The translations under genes and the position numbers were made by a program. The notes beneath the pieces are model-generated. The model worked only from the letters and a program-made list of their open reading frames with translations, did no database searches and was not told the DNA's origin. DNA of 64,000 bases from a virus: positions 7,880 to 71,879 of IMG/VR virus record IMGVR_UViG_3300045242_000214. One strand, written 5' to 3'. Below are positions 47,603 through 57,206 of the stretch, piece after piece (the first letter of the stretch is position 1; every line of letters begins with the position of its first letter).

Positions 47603-48581
47603 GGGCTGGCGCCTCTACTGCTGCGAGGTCGTGGTCGACCATGATCCACACGAGCTCCTTGAACCCGACGGTCGGCTCCCACCCCAGCTTCTTCTTCGCC
47701 TTCCCTGCGTTACCACACAGCTCGTCGATCTCGGCGGGACGCAGGTATCGCTCGTCCGTCACCACGAAGTCACGCCAGTCCAACATGTCCCGGATTGGGC
47801 CGTGACTGAATGCCTGTTCGAGGAACTCGCGGACCGAGTGCGGTTCGCTGGTCGCGAGGACGTAATCGTCCGGCTCGTCGGCCTGCAACATCATCCACGC
47901 GCCGCGCATGTAGTCGGGCGCGTACCCCCAATCGCGCTTCGCGTCCAGATTGCCGAGCACTAGCTTGTCCTGTTCGCCACGCCGAATGGCAGCGACAGCC
48001 TTAGTGATCTTCCTGGTCACGAATGTCTCACCGCGCCGGGGCGACTCGTGGTTGAAGAGAATCCCGTTGGCCGCGTACATGCGATACGCCTCGCGGTAGT
48101 TACGCGTGATCCAGTAGCCGAACACCTTGGCGACGCCGTAGGGGCTACGCGGTTGGAACGGTGTCAACTCGTTCTGGGGCGGCGGCGCGTTGCCGAACAT
48201 CTCGCTCGAGCCGGCCTCGTAGAAGCGGCAGGCGAGGTCGGACTCACGGATCGCGTCGAGGAGGCGCAGCGTGCCGAGCGCGTCTATGTCGGCCGTGTAC
48301 TCGGGAATGTCGAACGAGACGCGGACGTGGGATTGGGCGCCGAGGTTGTAGATCTCGTCGGGGCGGATGGTGCGGATCAGACGGTTGAGGGAGGAGCCGT
48401 CGGCGAGGTCGCCGAAGACGAGTTCAAGGTCGTCGAAGATGTGGTCGATGCGGGCCGTGTTGAAACTCGACGAGCGGCGCACCATTCCGTAGACCTGGTA
48501 GTCCTTCTCCAGTAGGAGTTCGGCGAGATACGAGCCGTCCTGCCCGGTGATGCCGGTGATGAATGCTCTGCGCTTAGACAA
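47595..48581 (-). CDS. gmd: GDP-mannose 4,6-dehydratase
   Basis: [56 protein letters not shown]. Confidence 0.95.
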   Translation of the reverse strand: MSKRRAFITGITGQDGSYLAELLLEKDYQVYGMVRRSSSFNTARIDHIFDDLELVFGDLADGSSLNRLIRTIRPDEIYNLGAQSHVRVSFDIPEYTADIDALGTLRLLDAIRESDLACRFYEAGSSEMFGNAPPPQNELTPFQPRSPYGVAKVFGYWITRNYREAYRMYAANGILFNHESPRRGETFVTRKITKAVAAIRRGEQDKLVLGNLDAKRDWGYAPDYMRGAWMMLQADEPDDYVLATSEPHSVREFLEQAFSHGPIRDMLDWRDFVVTDERYLRPAEIDELCGNAGKAKKKLGWEPTVGFKELVWIMVDHDLAAVEAPARV

Positions 48582-49482
48582 GGGCCGGTTCCCGTCCCAG
48601 CTCGAGCGCGCGCTCGATGGCCTGCAGCGATTCGCGGTACGAGTAGCGAGCGACGGCGCGCTGCTGCTCACGCACGACGCCGAGATACTCCTTGCGCCTG
48701 AGCGCGAGCGCCGAGTCGATCATCTCCGCGACCGAACCGGGTGTCGGTGACCAGCCGCCGAACAGCGTCTGCACCGCCGGCACATTCGTCAACGACAGGA
48801 CGCCATACGCGGGCGCCTTCAGGGTGCGGCAGGGGATCAGGTCGTGCTCGACCTGCCAGCCGCCGGCGAACGCAGGCGCGATCCGCGCCGACCGGACCGC
48901 CTCGACCATCTCCGCATCCGACAGCTGGGTCAGGCGGCGAAACTTGAGTCCGTGGTCGGCGAGCGCGAGCCGTGTCTCCTCGATCACCTCGCGATTGCCG
49001 AGCTCAACGCCATCGACCAGCTGGCTCCAGACCGCGCCGACGAAGACGGCATCCTGCGACTGCGGGTTGAAGACCGGCTCGAGGAACTCCTCGGGGAAGA
49101 GGTCGGTCCCCCACGGTTGATAAAGCACGCGTCCAGAACGGTCGTAGAGCCGGAACGGTGCCCATTCATCCCCACGAGCGTCCGAGGTGTAGACCTGGAG
49201 CCGCAGGAGACGTTCCGGCTCCACGGTTTGACAGAGAACGTGCGTCGAACTGAAATTGTGCAAGATGTAGTCGACCTCGGGCATAGCCGCTCCGATGTGC
49301 TCTGACCAGATGTCCGCGCCGATGACCGTTGTCCCCGGCACGAGAAGTTGGCGCGCGTCGGCTAGGTCGTCCGTCCAGACCGAGCGGATCCCGAGCTTGT
49401 GCGCCGCCCTGTAAAAGTGGGACCAGATCCAACGGAGGCTGTTGCCGTCCGAGACACCGCCCCAGAGGACGAGGTTCTTCAC
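48574..49482 (-). CDS. GT-B-like glycosyltransferase
   Basis: [21 protein letters not shown]; context in sugar island. Confidence 0.55.
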   Translation of the reverse strand: MKNLVLWGGVSDGNSLRWIWSHFYRAAHKLGIRSVWTDDLADARQLLVPGTTVIGADIWSEHIGAAMPEVDYILHNFSSTHVLCQTVEPERLLRLQVYTSDARGDEWAPFRLYDRSGRVLYQPWGTDLFPEEFLEPVFNPQSQDAVFVGAVWSQLVDGVELGNREVIEETRLALADHGLKFRRLTQLSDAEMVEAVRSARIAPAFAGGWQVEHDLIPCRTLKAPAYGVLSLTNVPAVQTLFGGWSPTPGSVAEMIDSALALRRKEYLGVVREQQRAVARYSYRESLQAIERALELGREPALV

Positions 49483-50135
49483 TGCAGTCGCTCCGCCACT
49501 AGTTCCGCTTCGACGGTAACGGCATCCTCAAGATAGGCGTGCAGCAGGACCTCGCCGCCCAACGATTCGTAGAAGGAGACGGCCACCTTTGAATTCGCGA
49601 CCATGATTTCGTCGATGCGCGTCTTCGACCATACGTTCTGCCACAAGCCGTCGCGCTCACGCAGGAGGTAGTCCTCCTTGCCGGGGCGCATGAAGAAGAC
49701 GACGATCATCTCGAGCCGGGCCACACGGATCATCTCGGCCAGCGCCCGGTCGATCCGGGGCAGGTGCTCGAGGACGTGGCGGCAGTAGACCAACTCGAAG
49801 CTGGAGTCCTCGAACGGGATCTCCTCGATCGAACCGGCGGCGATGTTGGGCTCTTCGAGGTCGTACCGTTCGGCGATCTGATCGGCGGCTTCACGCATCG
49901 CCTCGGACGGTTCGACGCCGACGTACTCGACGTCGTAGCTGATGTTCTTCATCCCGATCGCGTCGAGGCCAAGGCCGGCGCCGCAGTCAAGGACTTTGAG
50001 GTAGCCGCACTCTGCGATGCGTTCGCGGATGCGCACCCGGCTGGGGTGGTCGACGCCACCGAGCCAGGTCTCGAGTTCGTCAAGACCGCCGGCCAAAGCG
50101 AACTCTGTCCACCACGCGCCCTCGCTCACAGCCAT
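49479..50135 (-). CDS. class I SAM methyltransferase
   Basis: VLDCGAGLG, IPFEDSSFELVYCRHVLEHL. Confidence 0.85.
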   Translation of the reverse strand: MAVSEGAWWTEFALAGGLDELETWLGGVDHPSRVRIRERIAECGYLKVLDCGAGLGLDAIGMKNISYDVEYVGVEPSEAMREAADQIAERYDLEEPNIAAGSIEEIPFEDSSFELVYCRHVLEHLPRIDRALAEMIRVARLEMIVVFFMRPGKEDYLLRERDGLWQNVWSKTRIDEIMVANSKVAVSFYESLGGEVLLHAYLEDAVTVEAELVAERLQ

Positions 50136-50251
50136 TCTCTCAGTTCCGCGAAGGTAATGAACCACGCGACAAACATGACCAACCACGCTACGACCACAGC
50201 ACGCCAACACCAGAGGAGTCGCCGGTACGACCTGTCCAGGGGCTCCATCAT
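50126..50251 (-). CDS. 41-aa single-TM protein
   Basis: ATGA coupling; one hydrophobic helix. Confidence 0.45.
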   Translation of the reverse strand: MMEPLDRSYRRLLWCWRAVVVAWLVMFVAWFITFAELREWL

Positions 50252-51057
50252 GCGAACCTCAGCGAGAACTCGACATGAGCGGCGTTCACGGCGTCAGGGT
50301 CGATGTCCAGGGCGAGCCGGTTGCCGCCGAGGTAGCCGTGATTGAGAGTGGCGACGTCGTGGGCGTGCATCTCGCCGAACCGATTCGACTCATGGCTGGA
50401 CCCTACGCGGTTCACGGGTATTCCCACGAGGCTCGACTGGGCGTGCGCCGCCATCATCGGACGGTCGAGGTCGTTCCACTGGAAGTCGCGCGCTAGCTTC
50501 GCCTCGACGGTGTTCGGATCGGACCAGTCGAAGACGTCCTGCAACAGCGGGAGCAGGTCGACGGTTCGGAAAACGTGCCCGTCGAGCGACGCGGGGTACG
50601 AGAAGTCGCACTCGGCCTGCCCCCACTCCCAGTAAAGGACACCGTCCTCGGCGCTGTGCGTCGCCGGGAGCGCCTGCGAGCACCGCAGCGGATAGCACTC
50701 CGTCGTGTTCAGCCCAAGGCGCGGCGAGAAGCAGAGCACGTCCTCGTCCTCGCACAGAATTTCGGCCGGGTCGCGGCCCTCGACCTTGCGGTAGAAGACG
50801 CAGTCGTCCATCAGGAACGCGACGTGCTCGTCCTGCTGGGCGAGCCAAAGAGTCTGGCCGCGCAGGTCGCGTTCGGCATGGAACGGAAACTCGAGGTGCT
50901 GCAACTCGCAGGTGCGATAGGCGGCAGCGTACTCGCGCTCGCCCTTCCAGATGACGTGGACGCTGTCGTAGAGGTGCGTGGCGTTCTTCTGAAGCGAGCG
51001 GAGCAGCAGGTCGAGCTGTGCGGCCCTGTTTTTGCTGAACACGATGACGGTCGTCAC
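50248..51057 (-). CDS. GT-A-like glycosyltransferase
   Basis: VIVFSKNRAAQLDLLLRSL, FLMDDCVF, YPASLDGHVF. Confidence 0.65.
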   Translation of the reverse strand: MTTVIVFSKNRAAQLDLLLRSLQKNATHLYDSVHVIWKGEREYAAAYRTCELQHLEFPFHAERDLRGQTLWLAQQDEHVAFLMDDCVFYRKVEGRDPAEILCEDEDVLCFSPRLGLNTTECYPLRCSQALPATHSAEDGVLYWEWGQAECDFSYPASLDGHVFRTVDLLPLLQDVFDWSDPNTVEAKLARDFQWNDLDRPMMAAHAQSSLVGIPVNRVGSSHESNRFGEMHAHDVATLNHGYLGGNRLALDIDPDAVNAAHVEFSLRFA

Positions 51058-51272
51058 GCGCCGCTCCCTATCGCCTGAGCCTCACCGTTCAGCTTCGGGC
51101 CGGGCGTCATCGGTCCAACCGGGCAGCCGTGCCAGACGCGGGCGCAGGTTGCGCTGCAGAAGGGGTCGGTCGCGAACGCGTCCCGGTACAGCGGCTTCAG
51201 GCCGGCCAACTTCCGTTCGCCGCCGCACTGGACACACCGTCCTGACGCAGGCACTGTCGGGTCAGGGTTCAA
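51054..51272 (-). CDS. small zinc-binding protein
   Basis: CVQCG and DPFCSATCAR. Confidence 0.5.
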   Translation of the reverse strand: MNPDPTVPASGRCVQCGGERKLAGLKPLYRDAFATDPFCSATCARVWHGCPVGPMTPGPKLNGEAQAIGSGA

Positions 51273-51552
51273 GGCGCGGCTCTCCCGGCAGCGGTTGGAA
51301 TCTCGGTCGAGTCGGCTTGCGCCAGACCCACTTCCAGGTCTGGCCGAAGAATGGCCGCTCCAGATCCTCTTGGCCGCGCTCCACCCGACCCTCCTCGAAC
51401 AGGTAGACGAGTACGAGCCGCACCCACTTGGCGCTCCTGCTGGCGCGGTCCGCCACCTCAAGCGTGCTGTGCCACTCATCGTCTACGGCAGCCTCCACCT
51501 GCAGCACGGCCTTAGAATCACCGTTCGTTCGGTAGTAGTCACCAACGCTCAC
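51262..51552 (-). CDS. wHTH-like protein
   Basis: STLEVADRASRSAKWVRLVLVYLFEEGRVER. Confidence 0.5.
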   Translation of the reverse strand: MSVGDYYRTNGDSKAVLQVEAAVDDEWHSTLEVADRASRSAKWVRLVLVYLFEEGRVERGQEDLERPFFGQTWKWVWRKPTRPRFQPLPGEPRLEP

Positions 51553-51851
51553 AGCGGCGCCTCCTCGCCGCACAGAATCGCTCGCATCAGGCGTGCCGCC
51601 GAGACACCGCCAGCCAGAGCTCGCGCCTCGATGGTTGCCCACTCGTCATCGCTGAGCATCAAGTAGTGCTGACGCAAACCGTCCTCACGATCCGACCGGC
51701 TCATCCGTTTCTCCGGGTTGAGCGCGTAGTAGGCGCCCATCTCACTCATCCCGAGGTACTTGCCAAGCTCTCTGTAGGTCCAGCGCTTGCGGTCTTGTGC
51801 GCGGAGCGTGCGGGCGCGCTCGAGCATGACCTCGCGGCTGATTTTTGGCAC
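51549..51851 (-). CDS. HTH plus ribbon-helix-helix DNA-binding protein
   Basis: WTYRELGKYLGMS and LSDDEWATIEARA..GVSAARLMR. Confidence 0.65.
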   Translation of the reverse strand: MPKISREVMLERARTLRAQDRKRWTYRELGKYLGMSEMGAYYALNPEKRMSRSDREDGLRQHYLMLSDDEWATIEARALAGGVSAARLMRAILCGEEAPL

Positions 51852-51857
51852 CGTTCT

Positions 51858-51886
51858 AGGCTACCAATATCCACATGCCGTGTCAA
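51858..51886 (-). promoter_or_regulatory. sigma70-type promoter, probably leaderless mRNA
   Basis: TTGACA-17 nt-TAGCCT with TG extension; GTG start 6 nt after the -10. Confidence 0.7.
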
Positions 51887-51893
51887 CACACTT

Positions 51894-51984
51894 GGCGCGT
51901 AGTTGCAAACAAGGGCGCCTGCTACTTAGGCGTGTAGTTACATAGGGCCGACGAACGTAGGCGGGAGTTTTGTAACTATGCGCC
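51894..51984. repeat. three copies of a 14-bp motif GGCGYRTAGTTRCA (two direct, one inverted)
   Basis: 51894-51907, 51929-51942, inverted 51971-51984. Confidence 0.65.
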
Positions 51985-52215
51985 GCAAACCCTTATGGTT
52001 CCATGAAGTCTTCTGCTGGCGGGGTTAGGGACAAAATCTTCGCGCCACTACTCAGTCTGAACAAAGTTCCGTCTCCCTAACCCACCCCCCCTGAAAGGTG
52101 GGTTGGGAGACGAAGGAACTTTGAGAAGAGGTACCAAAAAACACTGAACAGGCTTCCGGGGACGCTATCGACATTTGCCTCGCTCCACGAAAGTACGCTA
52201 CGCTCACGACCGCCC

Positions 52216-52542
52216 GTGCGCTTCCGTCGCCGCCGTGACGACAGACCCAAGCTTCCCACCGAGAAGCCCTACCTCGTCACCATCCACGCCGAGCACGACC
52301 AGTACCACACCTTCGCCATGGGACCCGGCGACGCAGTCGGCGTCGGAGCCATTCGAATCGACATCGCCAAAGACGGCAGCATCCACGCCAGCCCCAACGC
52401 GGTACCGCACGCAGAACAGGTCACGACGATGCGCACGCCGGTCTTCGTCGGCGAAACGCAGGTGAGCGGAGAAGCGCTCGCCGAAGCTGTGCGGCGCGAA
52501 TTACTCAAGGTGCATCGACGCAACGGGCCACGCACCGCATGA
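52216..52542 (+). CDS. hypothetical protein with tape-measure-like C-terminus
   Basis: coupled to next gene; ends ALAEAVRRELLKVHRRNG. Confidence 0.6.
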   Translation: MRFRRRRDDRPKLPTEKPYLVTIHAEHDQYHTFAMGPGDAVGVGAIRIDIAKDGSIHASPNAVPHAEQVTTMRTPVFVGETQVSGEALAEAVRRELLKVHRRNGPRTA

Positions 52543-53093
52543 GACGCCGCTTCTTCAACCAGCCGCTCCTCATCGGCGGACGCGAAGTCCAAGCCTTCTC
52601 GACAGGCGCCGTCCTGACCAGAAACGGACGCTGGCTCATCCTCTACACCGACCCCATTCTCGACGCCGAAGCATTCTGCAACGGCCTGCTCAAAGAAGCC
52701 TTCGACGAATGGGGACACTACGAACGCCCCGACGAATACGACGAAGCACTCCAAGAACTCCTCATCCGAGCGCTCCGCCTCGAGCGCACCTATGATCCCG
52801 AGAGGAGCCAAAGCTTTGCCGACTACGCCAGATACATCCTCCGCAGACGCGCCGCCGACGTCGGACCCCGACGCCTCCTCGGCCGCTCCGGCAACCGAAT
52901 CCACGACTACCTCCACGACACGCTGGAACCGGGCGCTGGAACAAGTGAACCTGGAGAACCTCTCGGTACGCGGTCGAGCGATCCGAATCGAGATTGGGGA
53001 GATGATGCCGTCTGGCTACCGCCTGAACGAAATCGCGAAAGAGCTCGACGTCACGCCGTCCTGGGTCTCCCAGCGGCTCGACGAGCTGCGTAG
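52539..53093 (+). CDS. sigma-70 region 2-like protein
   Basis: YDEALQELLIRALRLERTYDPERSQSFADYARYILRRRAAD. Confidence 0.65.
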   Translation: MRRRFFNQPLLIGGREVQAFSTGAVLTRNGRWLILYTDPILDAEAFCNGLLKEAFDEWGHYERPDEYDEALQELLIRALRLERTYDPERSQSFADYARYILRRRAADVGPRRLLGRSGNRIHDYLHDTLEPGAGTSEPGEPLGTRSSDPNRDWGDDAVWLPPERNRERARRHAVLGLPAARRAA

Positions 53094-53829
53094 CGAAATC
53101 GTCCTCGCCGGCGGCGGCTTCCTCCCCCTCTCAGACAGCGAATACGAAGCGCTCAAAGCGTCCATCGCCGAACACGGCCAGCGGGTCCCCGTCATCGTCG
53201 GCGCCAGCGGAGTCCTCGACGGCAAGCACCGGCTCACGGCCCTCCGCGAACTCGGCATCACCGAGGTCCTCGTCGAGTTCGTCACCGACGCAGACCCCGA
53301 AACCGAACGCCGGATCAGCCGCACCGTCAACGCCGCCCGCCGCATGCTCAACCGCGCCCAAAAGGAAGCGCTCGTCCGCGCTGAGTTGGAACAGAACTGG
53401 TCCCGCTCGAGCCGGCAAATCGCGCTCGACTGCGGCTGCAGCCCCCCGTTCGTCGAGACCATTCGCGACGCGGTACGCAGAGAACGCGAGACCGAGAATG
53501 AGGACTGGGAATTCGACGACGAACCCGCGTTGAAAGTTACTCACGACGGCAAAGAAGTTCCCGCGCCACGCAGCGTCGGCGAAGCCGTACGCGCAGCCAG
53601 CGTCCCACGCGAAGAAGAAATGCGTGTTGACGCCGGCGGAGTCCGCCGCCCCGCCTACGTACGCAAACCAGGCACCTCCCACAAAGCCAGCGAACCACAC
53701 AGCCGCTGGGCCGGACGCGAAGGCCACGCAGACCGCCCCAAAGGCCACGCAACCTGCGCACACGGCCAGCAACACGCCATCTACCGCGCCGACGACGGCA
53801 CCTGGACACTCAAACCCGACGATGGCTAA
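52945..53829 (+). CDS. sigma region 4-like HTH fused to ParB/Srx domain
   Basis: LSVRGRAI...GYRLNEIAKELDVTPSWVSQRL; LKASIAEHGQRVPVIV..VLDGKHRL; SSRQIA second HTH. Confidence 0.75.
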   Translation: MNLENLSVRGRAIRIEIGEMMPSGYRLNEIAKELDVTPSWVSQRLDELRSEIVLAGGGFLPLSDSEYEALKASIAEHGQRVPVIVGASGVLDGKHRLTALRELGITEVLVEFVTDADPETERRISRTVNAARRMLNRAQKEALVRAELEQNWSRSSRQIALDCGCSPPFVETIRDAVRRERETENEDWEFDDEPALKVTHDGKEVPAPRSVGEAVRAASVPREEEMRVDAGGVRRPAYVRKPGTSHKASEPHSRWAGREGHADRPKGHATCAHGQQHAIYRADDGTWTLKPDDG

Positions 53830-54211
53830 CCCCGAAGAACACGAACGCGCCCGCCGCGTACTCGCCATCCGCGACAACGACACGGACGACGAAGAACACC
53901 CCTTCGACCGCCTAGCCGCCGACGACCCTCGCTACCTGCGCGAACAGGCACGACTACACACACCCGGCTCAATCGACACGCTCGTGGCGATCCGAGACGA
54001 CTGGACACAGCCAGGCAGCGTGCGCAAAAGCTGCGCCGAACTCCTCCTCGCCTACGGCTGGGGAAAACCCTCAAGCCAGGCCGACATCATGCGCCTCTTC
54101 CTCGACCACGAAAACGGCGACAGCATCATTCGCTTCGAGATGCCTATGACCGTCGACGGCGTCAAAGACGATGACTCTGACGGCAAAGCACGAGCGGGCG
54201 ATCTCGGATGA
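53822..54211 (+). CDS. putative terminase small subunit
   Basis: ARLHTPGSIDTLVAI...VRKSCAELLLAYGWGKP motif typical of genes at TerS positions. Confidence 0.55.
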   Translation: MANPEEHERARRVLAIRDNDTDDEEHPFDRLAADDPRYLREQARLHTPGSIDTLVAIRDDWTQPGSVRKSCAELLLAYGWGKPSSQADIMRLFLDHENGDSIIRFEMPMTVDGVKDDDSDGKARAGDLG

Positions 54212-54357
54212 AAAGATTCTGGTCTGAGCCAACGATCAACGAGCAGTTCGGTGCACTGTGTGCCGCCGTGCGAGAACTGGGATACGAGGCGGTCAAAGCG
54301 TGGAATTCAGACGGATCGTTCAAGGTCGTCCTGATGCCAAGAAAGCAAATGCCCTAG
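54208..54357 (+). CDS. hypothetical 49-aa protein
   Basis: ATGA coupling. Confidence 0.4.
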   Translation: MKRFWSEPTINEQFGALCAAVRELGYEAVKAWNSDGSFKVVLMPRKQMP

Positions 54358-54782
54358 CGAAGCCCTCTAGGCCTAGCCAAAATATTCGGCGGGTCGTCCG
54401 CCCTCTCGCGTCCGGGCCAAGGTCGTAATCTGTGCCGCGGGGATGCCGGGGCCGGGGTGCAGCTCGGCGCTTCACTCGCTGTTCTCGGTCCTGGCGCGTG
54501 CCTGGCCGACCGCGCGCCGCTCGCTTCCCTCGCCAGCCGGCTGCTCGAGGTGGGCCGGGCGTGCCTCCCTGCGCTCACCAGAGCCCCGTGACGGCCCTGC
54601 GAGCCGCTGCGCGGGTGCTGCTACCCCCGAACGCTTAGAACGGCTCCTGCGGCCTTCCTGGGGGGTGCTGGCCTGCGTGCGCCCAGCGAGCTCGGCTGCG
54701 CTGCGCGGGCGTGTAGCGGAGTTTCGGAAGATGATCCGGCACACGTTCCGTGCCTGCGAGTCGGAGCGGGCTAACGCTGCGG

Positions 54783-54881
54783 AGCGTTACGAGGGGACGA
54801 GAGCGCAGCAGGTTCGTAACGCTTGGCAGCGCGAGAAGCGAGCGTTACGAAGTGAGCCTCGGCAGGTGCTTTCGTAACGGT
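54783..54881. repeat. two tandem units of AGCGTTACGA-N21-TCGTAACG(C/G)T
   Basis: arms at 54783-92/54814-23 and 54841-50/54872-81; 58-bp period. Confidence 0.8.
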
Positions 54882-54902
54882 AGCCTGTATTGTAAAGTCT
54901 GC

Positions 54903-54931
54903 TTGACTCCACTGGCATGGGCTGCTAGTGT
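54903..54931 (+). promoter_or_regulatory. early sigma70-type promoter
   Basis: TTGACT-17 nt-TAGTGT. Confidence 0.7.
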
Positions 54932-54970
54932 CCCTTATGTTGGAGTTTGTCTCACGGACGGAGGTCGACA

Positions 54971-55273
54971 GTGAATACCGAATCACGGTCAGTCTGGGAT
55001 CTAGACGCAGGCGACGAGTACGTAGTGCGCACGCGGGATGGCCTGCAGTCGCGCACCGTGCTAGGCGTTTTACAGCGCACGCCGTTGCACGGTGCGCTGC
55101 TTGAGGTACGCGCGGACGATGGCAACGTGTTCCGCTCGCATATGCACGGCGTCGTCGACCTTCTGACGCACGATCCCGCGTGTACGGGATGCGAGCACGA
55201 CTGCCCTTGGCGGAAGAATCCGCTCGGCGCGCCCTTCTGCTCAGTCTGCGACGATCATTGGGAAGCGGGCTAG
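54971..55273 (+). CDS. hypothetical protein with C-terminal Cys cluster
   Basis: GGAGG RBS; CTGC...FCSVCDDH. Confidence 0.6.
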   Translation: MNTESRSVWDLDAGDEYVVRTRDGLQSRTVLGVLQRTPLHGALLEVRADDGNVFRSHMHGVVDLLTHDPACTGCEHDCPWRKNPLGAPFCSVCDDHWEAG

Positions 55274-55339
55274 GACCCCTGCGGCTCGCGCCTCTCACGG
55301 GACGCGGGCCGGAGTTGTCAGCTAACGGACGGAGGAGTC

Positions 55340-55633
55340 ATGAACGGACGGAGCACTACCGGCCACGTCGACGTCATTGGTGAGATTTGGTGGCCGATGG
55401 GCGGGACGTTCGCCTACAGCTACTCGCTCGACGCCTACGACGTGGAGAACATGCGCGCCGACGATGGGAAGATCGCGCGGCGCGAGATCCAGGCGTGGCT
55501 CGATACGCACGCGGGCGATTTCTCGAGCATCGCTGATTTCTCGGCGACGATTGACGGCGCGTCGTACGGCTGGGCGGACGCTGATTCGGAGCTGACGTTC
55601 GGCGATTGCATGTACGGCTCGGAGGTGTCCTAA
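55340..55633 (+). CDS. hypothetical early protein
   Basis: GGAGGAG RBS. Confidence 0.65.
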   Translation: MNGRSTTGHVDVIGEIWWPMGGTFAYSYSLDAYDVENMRADDGKIARREIQAWLDTHAGDFSSIADFSATIDGASYGWADADSELTFGDCMYGSEVS

Positions 55634-55658
55634 GGTCGCTCGCAGCGATAGCCTTTGC

Positions 55659-55847
55659 ATGGCAGCCAGGCCTGCGAAGCGTAAGCGGGAGAACGGCCGG
55701 CAGCGGCTCGAGCGGGAGCTGGGCGCCTATCTCGGCTTCTGGCAGGAGATCCGCGGCGATGAGCCTATGCTGACCGCGTATCCTCAGAGTGAGCGGACGG
55801 GGCTCGCGTTGTCGCGACGCATCAAGCAGTCTCGCAAAGCGGCTTGA
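55659..55847 (+). CDS. hypothetical protein
   Basis: short basic ORF. Confidence 0.4.
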   Translation: MAARPAKRKRENGRQRLERELGAYLGFWQEIRGDEPMLTAYPQSERTGLALSRRIKQSRKAA

Positions 55848-55872
55848 CTTTCGCGCCGTGAGGGTGTAACGT
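55844..55872 (+). promoter_or_regulatory. early sigma70-type promoter
   Basis: TTGACT-17 nt-TAACGT followed by a leader matching that of the 54903 promoter. Confidence 0.7.
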
Positions 55873-55916
55873 CTCAAGTGTTGGAGTTGTCTACATCGGA
55901 CGGAGGTACGGACGGA

Positions 55917-56495
55917 ATGAAAACCTTGACTCAGAGCGAATGGGAAAGGACGCCGGAGGATTACCGCTCCGAGCGGTTCGGCGTTCGGAGCGTGCTTTGC
56001 CTAGACGGGCACGGCGCTACGGTTCTCGAGCCGGTCTCGGTGCTGGACGAACGGGACGCGACGATCCTCGCGGACCGTGGCAGGCAGCTCGACGCCGTAG
56101 CGGGTCCCCGTTGCGGCGACTTCGTGCGCTTCGCTGATGGGCGCCTAGAACGCGTTTCGCATGTCTGGGATTGGGAGCCGGAAGGCGTCCAGACGAGTGA
56201 GGGCGGTTCTTGGTATCTCGGCGGCGGCTACTGCAGCTTTAGCGGTGGCCTGAATCCATCGATTCCGCTCGGAGAGTTGACACTGACGGATGAGCGACGG
56301 CTAGGTTCGTGCTGGTTCTTTCACCATGACTGGGCAGAAGCGGATAACAGCGTCGGCGTAGAGCTTCCCTTCCGCGTCTACGACGTCGCAGGCGTGCGTG
56401 AGATCATCCGCTCCTCAACGCCGTACACACGGCCGGAATGGTTTAGCGATTACATCGCGGGCGAGACTGTCGCTCCGGTGCGGGTGCTTTCATGA
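55917..56495 (+). CDS. DUF4121-like protein
   Basis: GPRCGDFVRFADG..RVSHVW, QTSEGGSWYLG.GYCSFSGGL, CWFFHHD. Confidence 0.6.
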   Translation: MKTLTQSEWERTPEDYRSERFGVRSVLCLDGHGATVLEPVSVLDERDATILADRGRQLDAVAGPRCGDFVRFADGRLERVSHVWDWEPEGVQTSEGGSWYLGGGYCSFSGGLNPSIPLGELTLTDERRLGSCWFFHHDWAEADNSVGVELPFRVYDVAGVREIIRSSTPYTRPEWFSDYIAGETVAPVRVLS

Positions 56496-56695
56496 GCGAG
56501 CGCAGCGCGAATACCTGGGGCTGGACGTTTGCCATGCTCGCCGTAGCCTACGGCTTGGCGTTCGGCTTCATTCTGCTCGGTAGCTGGCAGGGATGGGCTA
56601 CGTGGCTCTGCATTCTCCTAGGCTGCCTCGGTTTTATGCTCGGCCTCATGGCGGGCATCATCACTCTCGCCGCGAAGGGATACGACATTCAATGA
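56492..56695 (+). CDS. small membrane protein
   Basis: 2 TM helices. Confidence 0.55.
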   Translation: MSERSANTWGWTFAMLAVAYGLAFGFILLGSWQGWATWLCILLGCLGFMLGLMAGIITLAAKGYDIQ

Positions 56696-56847
56696 GAACC
56701 GCGATCATCCTCGGACTCATCGCGGGCGAGGTGTACGGGTTGAGCGCGCGTCAGCCGTACGTCTCGGTCCCGATCGCGCTGGTGTTGATGCTGGTGCTCT
56801 TGCGCGACATCAAGCGCGAGGCAGAGCGGGAAGAGGTGCGGCGATGA
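56692..56847 (+). CDS. small membrane protein
   Basis: 2 TM helices; ATGA coupling. Confidence 0.5.
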   Translation: MRTAIILGLIAGEVYGLSARQPYVSVPIALVLMLVLLRDIKREAEREEVRR

Positions 56848-57206
56848 TTGGCGTGCGCTACTGGTCGACTGGAATCATGCTCAAGCCTGACCGCTGGCCG
56901 CGTCCCGACAAATGGACCGCATCTCTCACGTTCCTCGATAACGGCTTTTGCGAGGACGACTCGACGGAGGGCACGCTGCGGCTGCGCTACTTCGTGGCGG
57001 ACCTACCGCTCGGCCTGGCGACGTTGAAGCAGGACGCAGAGAGACTCGGCATCGAATGGGATAACGCGAGCGGCGGTCCAACGGTCTACGTCGTGCAGGA
57101 CGGCGAGCTTGACTCTGGCGACGCGCCTGAGTTGCGCGCGTTCGCCGACAACATGGCTTGGAGTCTAGGTTGGGAGCCTTGCTACGACAGGGAGATTCCA
57201 GCATGA
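56844..57206 (+). CDS. hypothetical protein
   Basis: coupled ORF. Confidence 0.6.
   Translation: MIGVRYWSTGIMLKPDRWPRPDKWTASLTFLDNGFCEDDSTEGTLRLRYFVADLPLGLATLKQDAERLGIEWDNASGGPTVYVVQDGELDSGDAPELRAFADNMAWSLGWEPCYDREIPA

Noticed and set aside
54360-54780. Short ORFs or a tRNA/ncRNA in the GC-rich gap
   Set aside because: No RBS, coding bias or cloverleaf found.
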